A DNA stretch of 64,000 bases from Octopus sinensis (Eukaryota): contig NC_043005.1 of NCBI RefSeq assembly GCF_006345805.1, forward strand, positions 44,392,001-44,456,000, in the 5' to 3' direction. Positions 40,034 to 52,608 of the stretch are shown piece after piece. The translations under genes were made by a program, and so were the position numbers. The notes beneath the pieces were generated by a model, which was not told the origin of the DNA, searched no databases, and worked only from the letters and a program-made list of their open reading frames with translations. Each line of letters begins with the position of its first letter. Within the stretch, counting starts at the first letter, position 1.

Positions 40034-42127
40034 TCATCATCATCGTTTAACGTCCGCTTTCCGCGCTAGCACGGGTTGGACGGTTCGACCGGGTCTGGGA
40101 AGCCAGGGGCCGCTCCAGGCTCCAGTCTGAATCTGGCAGAGCTTCTACAGCTGGATGCCCTTCCTAACGCCAACCACTCCGTGAGTGGATTGGGTGCTTT
40201 TTACGTGCCACTTGCACAGGGGCCGGAGGGTCCGGCATCGTCACGATCGGTTCGAGCATTTTAACGTGTCAGCGGCACGGGGGCAACGAGGTCCGGGGTA
40301 CTTTGGGGATCGGGGTACTTTGGGGATCCGGGGTACTTTGGGGATCCGGGGTACTTTGGGGATCCGGGGTACTTAGAATGGGTAGGGGGTATGTGGAATT
40401 GCTGCAGAAAGCAGCCCGGGTCTTTGTAGTCACAGCATATCTCCAGAGATCTCGGTCCTTCGCCATTGCCTCAGTGAGGCCCAATGCTCTGAGGTCATGC
40501 TTGACCACCTCATCCCATGTCTTCCTGGGTCTACCTCTCCCCCTGATACCTTCAACTGTTTGGGAGTGGCACTTCTACACTCTCTCTTCATCCATCCGCA
40601 GCACATGACCATACCATCGCAAGCGTCGCTCTTGCACACCACATCTGATGCTTCTTATATCCAGCATTTCTCTCAGGATACTTACACTCTGTTTTGCGTG
40701 CACACTGACACTACACATCCAGCGGATCATGCTAGCTTCATTTCTTTCAAGTCTACGCATGTCTTCTGCAGTCACAGCCCATGTTTCATTACCGTGAAGC
40801 ATGGCAGTTCGCACACATGCATCATACAATCTACCTTTTGCTCTGAGGGAGAGACCTTTGTTGCCAGTAGGGGTAGGAGCTTTCTGAACTTTGCCCAGGC
40901 TATTCGTATTCTAGTGGTGATACTCTCTGTGCATCCACCTCCGCTACTAACTTGGTCACCCAGGTACGGAAACTATCAACTACTTCTAGTTTCTCTCCCT
41001 GGAGTGTGATGGAATCTGTTTTCTGAGTGTCTGTTGTGTCTATTGTCCCTGTGCATCTGCCACGCATGAAAGCTATCTTATCTGTTAATTTCCCTTTAAT
41101 GTTGCTGCACCTCTTATGTGTCCATAACTTACATTGGGTGCATCTTATGGAGTTTCTACCTGTACCTTTCCTACAGGTTGAGCAGGGCCACCTACCCGAG
41201 GGGATGTGTGCTGAGTACCTCTTGCTGCTTACTAATACTTTGGTCTTTGCTACATTTATTCTAAGGCCCTTTGATTCCAACCCTTGCTTCCACACCCGAA
41301 ATTTCTCTTCTAGTTCCGGTAGTGATTCTGCTATGAGAGCTAGGTCATCGGCATAGAGGAGCTCCCAGGGGCATCCCGTTTTGAATTCCTCTGTTATTGC
41401 CTGAAGGACTATGATGAATAAAAGGGGACTGAGGGCTGAGCCCTGGTGCACACCTACTTCTACCCGGAATTCTTCACTATATTCGTTGCCAATCCTAACC
41501 TTGCTGACAGCCTCTCTGTATAGAGCCTGTACAGCCCTTATTAGCCATTCTTCAATCTCCAGTTTCCGCATCGACCACCAGATAAGGGAACAGGGAACCC
41601 TGTCAAAGGCTTTCTCCAAGTCTACAAAAGCTATGTAGAGGGGTTTATCTTAGCTAGGTACTTCTCCTGCAGTTGTCGGACCAGGAATATAGCATCAGTG
41701 TGCTTCTACCTGGTACAAAACCGAACTGCATTTCATCTAAACAATTCTCTCCCTAATGAGATTGGTTATGACCTTCTCTGAGACCTTCATCACCTGGTCC
41801 AACAGTTTGATACCTCTGTAGTTATTTCTATCTAGAGCATCACCCTTACCCTTGTAGCAGTTGACTATGGTGCTGCTGCACCAGTCATTGGGTATGACTC
41901 CATTGTGAACTACCTGGTTTACAATGCGGGTGACTATGGCATAGCCACATAGCCAGCTGTTTTAAGCATCTCAGCAGTGATTCCTGATAGGCCAGGGGCT
42001 TTGCCTGGTTTCATATCCTTAATTGCCTTATCTACAAGGGAGCTGTCTATTCGGGTAGCTGGTCCCTCTACTGGGTCAACATTTGGCAGGCTCTCCTCCT
42101 CCCATTCATTCTCCTCATTCAGCAGTC
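40034..42127 (-). mobile_element. 5'-truncated RTE-clade LINE, frameshifted RT ORF plus 3' tail ending in (GAT)n
   Basis: EKAFDRVP, GVHQGSALSPLLFIIV, ELLYADDL, VRTAMLHGNETW and RRLRWYGHVLRM across several frames. The 3' tail is shared with short dispersed copies (for example 10230-10460, 20340-20520, 31045-31190, 46760-47040, 56260-56320). Confidence 0.95.
40293..40374 (+). repeat. G-rich minisatellite, ~4.6 copies of CCGGGGTACTTTGGGGAT
   Basis: Four 17-18 bp units plus a partial unit, read directly, in the RTE 3' UTR. Confidence 0.95.
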
Positions 42128-42723
42128 TTTCATATATATATACACACACACACACATATATATGTATTGTGAGATTGAAACTAAAACCAAATGGTTGTAA
42201 AGAAAGCTTCTTAACCACACAGCCATGTCCACACCTATTTTTTTGTTTTTGTTATTAGTCCATTTCAAATTTTCGAAATAATACTTTTGCTCCCTTTTGA
42301 TTTTACTGTAGATCAGTGGTTTTCCACCATTTTTTTTTTTTTTTTGGCCTATGGACTCTTTTGATTCCTATCTTACTCTACTGGACACCCACTAGCTACT
42401 CAAAATATCTTTTTTAATCCTATTATATTTTTATTATCTAATATCATTAGAAAATAGTATAAAAATAATTATTAAAGTATTATGTGTTTTGTAGAAGCAT
42501 AACTAATTTATGGCTGATAAATTTTAACAAAATCTTATATGGACCCTGGTTGAGCTTAAAAGAAGAAGAAAAAAGCAACAAAAAAAAAATTAAAAAATGA
42601 GAACATGCTCCAAGACATTTTTTGGCAGTAAATAAAAGAAATCTACACTTGAGATTATATTTAGTCTCAAGATTACAACAGAAAAAAAACTTTTGAAACT
42701 TTTTAATTTATTTTCTTGCATAC

Positions 42724-42780
<57 letters not shown>

Positions 42781-42797
42781 TATTATTATTATTATTA

Positions 42798-43525
42798 AAA
42801 AGGCAGCAAGCTGGCAGAATCGTTAACATTCCAGGCAAAATGCATAGGGGCATTTCATCCATCTTCATATACTGAGTTCAAATTCCACCAAGGTTGACTT
42901 TACCTTTCATCCTTTTGAGTTAGATATAATAAGCACCAGTGAAACATTAGGGTTGATGTAATCAACTGATCCCCTCCCCCAAAATTCCAGGCCTTGTGCC
43001 TAAAGTAGAAAGGATTATTATTATTATTATTATATTATTACTATTATTATTATTATCATATATCAGGATTTTGCCTTGTATAAGTTGACTCCAAGTCTCA
43101 TTCAGAGACTTCAATAGACAACAAGTTAAAGTTCAAGATGGTGTTATAACTAGGGTGCCATATTTTTGGTTTTGCACAGACTATTGTTCTAGAGAATGTC
43201 TGTCAAAACATAAGAAAATTAAAAGATTGTTTTAAAAGTAATTTGATAAGATGATAGTGCAATCTTAAGATGACCATAAAAGGTGTTTGCTTATTATTAT
43301 CATTACCATAAAGGCAGCAAGCTGGCAGAATCATTAACATGCCAGGCAAGTAGTTTAGCAGCATTTCATCCATCTTTATATTCTGAGTTCAAACTCTGTC
43401 AAGGTTGACTTTGCCTTTCGTCCTTTCAGGGTCGATAAATTAAGTACCAGTGAAACAACACGATCAATGTAATCAACTAATTCCATCCCACCAAATTTCA
43501 GGCTTTGTGCCTATAGTAGAAAGGA
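42798..43525 (+). mobile_element. Two tandem tRNA-derived SINEs, family B, separated by (ATT)n
   Basis: Head aaggcagcaagctggcagaatc, B box GAGTTCAAA, body gactttgcctttcatcctttc. Other copies at ~18240-18450, 23686-23780 and 49630-49826 (all minus strand). Confidence 0.85.
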
Positions 43526-43641
43526 TTATTATTATTAACATTTCATTATATGTAAATCCCCACAATTTGTGTCTTCCTTTGTACTGTCCCCTTCATCAGC
43601 ACTGGTGGCAAATAAATGAAATCATTATTATTGTGTAATCG

Positions 43642-43675
<34 letters not shown>

Positions 43676-43856
43676 AGTTAAATTAAAATACTTAATGTAG
43701 GATAACTCGAACAAACACCAGTACAGTCAAAACAATATTCTGTGATCATTATTACAGTCAGGTATAAATTATTGGAGTAAATTTCTTCAGGACAGGATTG
43801 TATATCTGAGGTGCATGCTTGACCGGAGGTTACTTTTTCACAGTTTTGAGAAGTTC

Positions 43857-43985
43857 TCAACAGCGAGTATTCTTTCGCTGTCTTCTAGATTGCTTAATTT
43901 GATCAGAATCTGCTGACTGGTTAACTTCACTGGAATCCAGATTTTCTGCAGACATACTGGAGCTGCTTTTTGTATTGATATTGCC
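43857..43985 (-). CDS. Candidate terminal coding exon (GNINTKSSSSMSAENLDSSEVNQSADSDQIKQSRRQRKNTRC*)
   Basis: Unique-looking island with higher GC. Acceptor-like ttgcccttgtaatcAG is followed by 42 open codons of protein-like composition. A second frame is also open, and no partner exons were found. Confidence 0.3.
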   Translation of the reverse strand, partial: GNINTKSSSSMSAENLDSSEVNQSADSDQIKQSRRQRKNTRC

Positions 43986-46900
43986 CTGATTACAAGGGCA
44001 ATATCAATACAAAAAGCATAATGATAATATTGTTGAGAGAAGCAATGGGCATATTGTCTGATGCTTCTCTCAACAATATTATCATTATCTTGATTACCCA
44101 TTATCCAAAACTATATTTTTATGATAGTTAAAACAAATGTTTCTCATTTTCCTATTTAACCTGAATTCATAAACAAGTTTTACTTTATTATTTATAACCC
44201 AGAGAGAACTTTTAATCAAGCAAGATACTTTTTACTATTAATAATATTAAATGCTTGCTAATCCAATTCTTTCAACTTGTTCTCATTCTATTTTAAATGC
44301 TAAATGAGTTTTCTTTACACAAAATGCCTATTTGTTTTCCAACCCTGTTTTCAATTACCTAAACTCAGATTGAACCTACAGAGAATTACTTTCAAATAGC
44401 ACATTTTTCAAATGTAAAGATTAGTAATAATCATATGATGACGCAAGCTGAATACAAGTGACATTTTAGTTTGAGAAAAAGACACACAGAAACACAAACA
44501 CACACACAAAGGTAGAAAAAACATCTCTTAAGCAGTAGGTGATATCTTACATCAATATATATTGTAATTTGACAGCTATAAACCTCCAAAAAGTTTAGTC
44601 TTGATATATCCAGAACCAACTTATAGGATACAATTAAACAGCATATAAATCTATTTTAAAGTCAGTTACAACATTAAAATCAAAGATATGATTGTGAGGG
44701 AACCAAGTCTGAATTTATTTCAATTAGAATAGTTTTAATTCAATTTTATTTCATAAACTGTCAGCTTCTTATTTATATAAATACAAAAGTTGATACACGG
44801 AAATATTGACTCAGATGCTAAAAATTTCAAACATTTTTATAAAAACAAAAATATAAATTAAGCTATTAAACTGATTAAAAACTGCAAAATGAAAAGCGTA
44901 AAATTTTAAACAAATTTTCTTATTTGATTTTCATTTATCTCTGGTCATTAATATGAAGTATAAAACATGAAAATATTGCAACATGTTATCTCTCATCTTT
45001 TGAAATAAAACATTTTTATAAAAGTAACTTCTTGAAAATTTCTAGTGATAAATTATAAATAAAATGTTTTAGATTTATCTTCCTTCTAATCAGATCAAAA
45101 TTTTGCATATTTCATCTATCTAAGAGATAGAAATGAATTTAGGAAATAAGATACTGAGTCGGTTCCAAAGAAAATTATTTCAAACAATGGAACTATTTTG
45201 ATGTTGGCATGATTATTTTACCTATAAAACAAGCGATTTACTAGAAAAAGAAGTCATTTCAGTCATATCTCATAAATGATAATGATAAATTTCTGCAAAC
45301 GTAACTTGGGTAAAACTATTAATAAGAATAATAATAAAAAAATCTTTAAAAACTTAATAATTGTAATAATCGATTTTATAAAGAAAGTAAAGAAACTACA
45401 AAGTTACAAAAAAAAAAAGTGAAGTAATATCAGTAAGTATTCTTAAAGTAACATATAATTAAATGGAAAGACTGAAACATTGTTATCAAAAAACTTTAAT
45501 ATCCATTTGTCATTTGAAAATTGACTGCAGATTTTCTTTTCGTCTTTTCTTTATTTCTTTTTATAATCTGATTAATCAAGTAGTTTTAGTTTATCAAGTA
45601 AATTTAAGAACTTGTATTTATTAAATGACTACAAGAAAAATATGAAGAAAGATGGTTGCTTTATATAATTGAAAATAAACTGTTTGAATCTTCTAATTAC
45701 ATATTTGAAAAATTTTCAAACATATACCCATTGCTATGAAGCTATCTTATAACTGCTACTTGTGGTAAAAACTAACATTTCAAAATGATGAGTAGACTTA
45801 TTTCAAAATTTATTCTGGTGCTCACATGTATCATATTTTTCAGGGAAATGGGAATTATATTCCTAAGTAGTAAAATATAGCTATTGAGAATTTATTGATA
45901 AAGGCTAATTCATAAGTAGTCTAAATTTGCAGATTTAAGTGCAAATTCTGAAATGGTTCAATAAATTTTAACTAAATATAAAGACCACCCAAATGGAACA
46001 TTCAAATGTTCTTCAAAATGAAACTAGAACAGGCATGTAATTTCAGTACAACTGACATTGCAGTATACTATTTAAAGCTAATGATTGGTTTTAAATGCGT
46101 ATACAAGAAAAATATTTCAAATAATTCACTTTCATGCAGGAAATAATGCACATTATCATCAGCATTTTTATACCCACTTTTTCTGTGTTGGCATAGATTG
46201 GATAAGATTTATTGAGACAGTGTTCTACAACCAGATGCCTTTCCTGTCTACAACTCTTATTGGCTTTGAAGTAAGGTAATTTTATTCAGTTACTCTGTAC
46301 ACATCAAAACTACTGAAATTGCTGATCTATGACATGTTTTGCTTATCACAGATATAAACAAGTGTCACCGTTTTGGTTCAGACAGTGTCAGTGTGAAGAC
46401 ACACTGAAGCAAATACCTGTACACACATATATATCAGACACATATATACATACACAACAGGCTTTCAAACAACTTTCATTTACCAATTTTTTTACTGACA
46501 AGGCCTAAGTAGAAAACACTTGCCTAAAGTGACATGCACTAAGATGGAACCCAAAACTAAGAAAGTGTATGGTTACAAAGTTAACTTTGTAGCCATACAG
46601 ATATGCCTGCATCCATTCTATATACATAAATCCTCTACAAAATCAACACTTAAAAGTGAAGAATGGATGTAACAAGATTTTTGAGATACTTAGCATGTAA
46701 GCATCTATATTAAAGAAACTTTAATTCAAAAAAACTTATGTAAGCATATCAACCCTTTCATTATCACGTTGCCAGTGCCGCTGGACTGGCTCCTGTGCAG
46801 GTGGCACATAAAAAGCACCATTTGAGCATGGCCGTTGCCAGTACCACCTGACTGGCCCTCATGCCACTGGCACATAAAAGCACCCACTACACTCTCGGAG

Positions 46901-48889
46901 TGGTTGGCATTAGGAAGGGCATCCAGAAACTCTGCCAAATCAGATTGGAGTCTGGTGCAGCCATCTGGTTCGCCAGACCTCAGTCAAATTGTCCAACCCA
47001 TGCTAGCATGGAAAGCAGACATTAAACAATGATGATGATGATACACAATGCATCTGTTTCAGATAATTTTTTTAAATAATCAATAATTGGAGGCATTTAG
47101 TACAATTAATGACTTCCTTTATTAAGGTGGTGTTTGGAACATAACAGAAGAATCATACATAAAACTATGGTAAATGGTTTTAAATTTGTATCATTGACCC
47201 AGAGGATAGTATCAGGCAGGTAGGTTTTAGATTTCTTTTCAGTCATTTATTCTATCCTTTAGCATTTAGATGACTCTGTAAAATGTAATGCTTCTTCATC
47301 CACATTGTTTTGAATTAATCATCCATTAACTTGTACATCCAAGATTTCAATGATGCAATTGTTTATTTTTAGGACAACATCATGGGATAGGTGTGAGAAA
47401 CTAAATTTAGTCAGTTTTAGCATAGAACAAGCAGAATATTTGGGCCAGACATGGCTGGTTTTAATAGTAAAATGTTAATTATTCCTTCTAAATGGATATC
47501 GTATGAATTTCATTAAACAAAGAAAAGTGAACACAAGACTTGTTACAGTTGATGAAAATCCAAACAATTGAGAAAATAAATACATTTGTCAGTTGAACTA
47601 TTTTCTGAGAATAGAAGAATTAAGGATGTTTAAATATGTATTGATACCAGAGAATTTTATTTAATTGAACAATATATGAAATATAGCTATAATGAAATAG
47701 ATAACGTTTAAAGTTAGTTGTGTTGTTGTTTAGCCCCAGGGCAGTTCCAATATTACAAATTTTGGATAAAAGACATTTTGGCAATGATCATCCTGTCTTT
47801 TTATATCTCAAATACTGTATTATCTAATGTATCCATTAGAAAATACAGAACCAGCATGTCAAGCAATTAAATAGAAGCTCCCTTGATTCATAATAACAAA
47901 TAAAAGATGCCATGTCAAATATATATTTTGAAGGGAATGGTTTGCTAAAAGGATGTAAATTAACCATGTATCAAATTTATGTTGTATGTATGCTTATATC
48001 AGAATTTCTTAAGTAAGCCATTATTTATATGGATAATTGTAACATGAGGGTTTGTGTAGTAGGATATATTTCAAGTGTAGTCTGTCAAGAGAGATTTTCA
48101 TCAATTACTATAAAAATCAAGAGCTTGTTGCCTGCTAGATAAAGGGATTTGATATTTTACTACTATTAATAATATACTTAATAGGTTTCCACTATCAGTC
48201 TATGCAAATCCTATGTGTAACATAATCCTTCAATGACAAGACTTAATACATTATAATTTCCCTATTGACAATTGATATCTTCAAGTATATTTTACTAAAA
48301 AAGAAATAAGTAGATAAGTTATTCACTAAATTTTCTGACCGATAAAATATTAAATACAATTTTCTTCTTAGCTTACTTTAATTACAAGGTGATAATAGAT
48401 ATGCAGAATTTTCTAAATAATTTTATATTCTCTTTCATGCCAAAATGAATGTATTTTATTTTTTTTACTGTTAAGTGTCATTAACTAAAATTTCATAAAT
48501 TAATAATGTGTTATAAGTGAATTTCTTTCATACATAAGTTCTTTAACCTAGAAAGAAAAAAAAAAAACTCAAAACAATTCAATAGCTTTAATTTTATTTA
48601 TTTTGAATTACTTTTCAAAATTATTTTGAAGTAAAGAATAGTGAAACATTGCATAAATAACAAGTCGTGAATTTTCAAAACAGACTAAATGCATTTTATA
48701 AAAAAAAAAAAATTGTTTCAAATCTATCTTATATTTTAATATCCTGTCAGTCTATATATTATTCAAGGAAATAGATAAGACTTATATATAGTGTGCTTAG
48801 TATTATTTAGATTCAGATATTTAAAAAAACATATATTGCATAGTTAAAATTACAAGTTCTTTACATAAATTACTTACAGTCATTTACTA

Positions 48890-49295
48890 TTAAAGCTCTG
48901 ATGTCTGGCAATTGATTTTGTAGACGTCCATAAAATTATTCACAATCTTTCCAACAACAACCTTGGGTACCTTTTTGAATTGTATATGTCTAACGCTCAT
49001 GGATATACTTGCAAAATCAAAAAAACAACACAGCACCCATGAATTTTGGAAACATTTTTTCACACTCAGAATTGCTGAAGCATGGAATAAACTATTTGCA
49101 TCGGTTGTTAGCTGTCGGGACACTACATCCTTCAAAACTTCCACGCTTCCCGAAATTTGCCAACAGTACTTCCTCTCCTTTCTTTTTTTAGAATGACTCA
49201 TTTACTGTTCACTTGCTGCTCACATTCTATGTACTGTTCATGCATACTGTTCTGATGGGCTGTAGTGCACTTGAGCACTGCATACAATAAGTTCA
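48890..49295 (+). mobile_element. CR1-clade LINE 3' fragment
   Basis: KHFFTLRIAEAWNKL...VVSC...SFKT, the typical CR1 ORF2 C-terminus, followed by a 3' UTR. Confidence 0.8.
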
Positions 49296-49312
49296 CTATA
49301 AATATATATATG

Positions 49313-49630
49313 GAGGCGCAATGGCCCAGTGGTTAGGGCAGCAGGCTCATTGTTGGAGGATTGCGGTTTCGATTCCCAGATCGGGTGTTGTGTGTGTTTA
49401 TTGACTGAAAACACCTAAAGCTCCACAAAGCTCTGGCATTCGAGGGGTGATCCTGGTTGTACCCTTTCGCCCCAACTTTCTCTCACTCTTTCTTCCTGTT
49501 TCTTGAGTAACACTGTGATCGACTGGTGTTCCGGTCCAGCTGGGGGGAACACATACGCCTTAGAAACCAGGAAACTGGGCCCATGAGCCTGGCAAGGCTT
49601 GAAAAGGGCACATAAATAAATAAATAAATA
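49313..49630 (+). mobile_element. tRNA-derived SINE, family C, with a (TAAA)n tail
   Basis: A box TGGCCCAGTGG, B box GGTTTCGATTCC, possible TSD taaatatatat. Confidence 0.75.
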
Positions 49631-51510
49631 AATATATATTGTTTTCAAATTTTGGCATAAGGCCTGCAATTCGGGAGAAGTGTTCAAATGATACTTATTT
49701 CATCGACCCCAAATGGATGAAAGACAAAGGTGACCTCAGTGGATTTTGGACTTGAAGCATAACGATGGATGACATGTTGCTAAGCATTTTGCTTGGCATG
49801 CAAATGTTTCTACCAGTTTACTACCTTTATATATATATATATACATATTATATTAGAAATGAGTCATATTTTCATGTGCAATAAAAAGTAAAATTTAATG
49901 TTTTATACACTAAAGAAATTAGAGGTACTATCTAAACCAATGATTTTCTTCACCAGACAATATACCAACTTATTTCTCTTGGTTGCATTTAGTATTAAGT
50001 TTTGTTCTCAAAAACTTTTAACTAAGACAAACTGACTGGTCCATAATGATTTAAATATGAAATTTTTTATGAATTAATAACTACAATGCAAACCATTGGA
50101 GGTTTACCGAGAATTCAGTAATTGTATTTCATTTTACACGTAAGTTTCTGAAATTTGTTTATTCATTATTAAATGCCAAAGATTATCTATAATATTATCT
50201 GAGATTAAATTTTATTGCAGATACTGGTTTTCATAAAAACTGAGTATTTATAAAGTTAGCCAAAATATTTAATTTCTTTTCACTGAAGAAAGCTTGTAAA
50301 ATTCTCATAACATGAAGTAGTGTTACCTAATTAGTAACATATGTTACTAAACACATGAAGACTGAACACATGAGGTATTTTGTCTGGTAAGAAGTTTATT
50401 TCCCAGACCACATGGTTCCAGGTTCAATCCTACTATCAGTGGTGTAACTAATAAAGAGGAGCAACCCACTCCTCAATCACATTTTTCAAAATTGGCATCT
50501 TTTCAACAATTTTTAAACTCTATAGTTCACTTGTTTTTGTTTTTGTCAATCACATAGCCATAGAAGAACTTTCTGGAGTCATTACTTTATTTGACCAACC
50601 TCCCATGTTTTTGAACTCTCTGTTCAATCTCTTGTGATATGTTGGTGGTGGCTGAGAGCTGAACAAAAACAAACCCTGACCTCATAACCTTTCAACACTG
50701 GACAATCCTACAGAGTTTCATCTTTTTTCATGGCACACCCATATTGATGGTTCTAAGTTTCATACATAATCACATTGTTATTGAAACACAAAATTAATAA
50801 ATGTAGAATACAATTACGTATATTATAATTAATGAAATATTTCGCGTAATATAAAAAAACTTGTTAAAAATCGTTTAGTATGTGTCATGGTGTCTTTTTT
50901 TTATATGCTCCTTTCCACTAACTATAGAATCTGGGTGCGCAACTGTCCAGAGTGTGATACCTAAGGAAAGTGTTTTCTACTATAGCCCTGGGCAGACCAA
51001 AGCCTCGTAAGTGGTGGTAGAGAGAAAATGAATGGTGCCCATCATATGTGGATATACATACATACATATATATATATATATACATATTGTTATATTTCAG
51101 GATGGTAATTTTTTTTGGTGGGGTGGCCAAATAAATACACACGCTTTATATTTGTTCTTCACTCATTTATTACTGTTCTTATTTCAACTAATGTTCATTG
51201 TCTGGAAACCTTTCATCACGCATCTGCGACATCTTCAGCGACACTTTCCATCATCATGTTCCCTCCAGTCCCACTTAGTCCATTCTCTGAAGAGATCATA
51301 GATGTGTGATGAAAGATTTCTGGGCAATGGACATCAGTTGAAAAAAGAAGAGTAACAAACAAGTGAAGAACAGATATATAGTGTGTGTGTTTATTTGGCA
51401 AAAATTTTTTTTAAATCACCATCCTGAAATATAACAATATCTGTTTCAACACATGGTTTCACAGGAATTTTGCAAATCAAATTCATAAACATGTATGTGT
51501 GTGTATATAT

Positions 51511-51610
51511 NNNNNNNNNNNNNNNNNNNNNNNNNNNNNNNNNNNNNNNNNNNNNNNNNNNNNNNNNNNNNNNNNNNNNNNNNNNNNNNNNNNNNNNNNN
51601 NNNNNNNNNN
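51511..51610. other. Assembly gap (100 N)
   Basis: Run of n. Confidence 1.
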
Positions 51611-52497
51611 AACAAAACACCACTAAACGCCACTAAGCATTTTGTCCAGCATGCTAACGGTTCTACCAGCTTGCCACATTACTATTATTAATAATGATAA
51701 CAGTAATAACAATATTAGCAACATTAATAACAATAATGATAATAATCCTTCCTACTATAGGCACAAGGCCTGAAATTTGGGGGTGGGGACAGTCAATTAC
51801 ATCGACCCCAGTATACAACTAGTAATTAGTTTATCAATCCCAAAAGGATGAAAAGTGAAGTCGACCTCAGTGGAATTTGAACTCAGAACGTTAAGACAGA
51901 CAAAATGCCACTAAATATTTTGCCTAGTGTGGTAACAATTCTACCATCTCACCATCTGACTATTACTAATAATAACAGCAATAATAATAACAACAACAAC
52001 ATTTACAACAACAATAATAATAATCCTTTCTACTAAAGGCACAAGGCCTGAAATTTTGAGGGAGGGAACTAGTCGAATACATTGACCCCAGTGTTTCACT
52101 GGCACTTAATTTATTGACCTTGAAAGGATGAAAAGCAAAGTTGACCTTGGCGGGATTTGAACTCAAAAAGTGAAGACGGATGAAATACAGCTAAGCATTT
52201 TGCCCGGCGTCCTAGCAATTCTACCAGCTCGCCAGCTTAATGGTAATAATAATAATGATAATAATAATAATAATAATAATCCTTTCTATTAAAGGAACAA
52301 GCCCTGAAATGTTGGGGGAAGGAACTGATCAATTATTTCGACCCAAATGTTTCTCTGGTACTTAATTTATCGATCTTGAAAGGGTAAAAAGCAAAGCCAG
52401 CCCTGGCAGAATTTGAACTCAGAAAGTGAGGATGAATGAATTACAGCTAAGCATTTTTTCTGGTGTGCTAACAAGTCTGCCAGCTCACTGCAATAAT
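51611..52497 (-). mobile_element. Head-to-tail array of three family B SINEs plus one gap-truncated head, embedded in (AAT)/(AAC) repeats
   Basis: Copies at ~51611-51680, 51728-51955, 52024-52240 and 52280-52497. Confidence 0.85.
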
Positions 52498-52567
52498 AAT
52501 AATATTAATAATAATAATAATGATGATAATAATAATAATAATAATAATAAAAATAATAATAATAATG

Positions 52568-52608
<41 letters not shown>

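Noticed and set aside
40293-40374. CRISPR-like or other prokaryotic features
   Set aside because: The repeats have no unique spacers, and the window is eukaryotic with no operon-like gene density; no rRNA or intact tRNA gene was seen (tRNA-like boxes belong to SINE heads).
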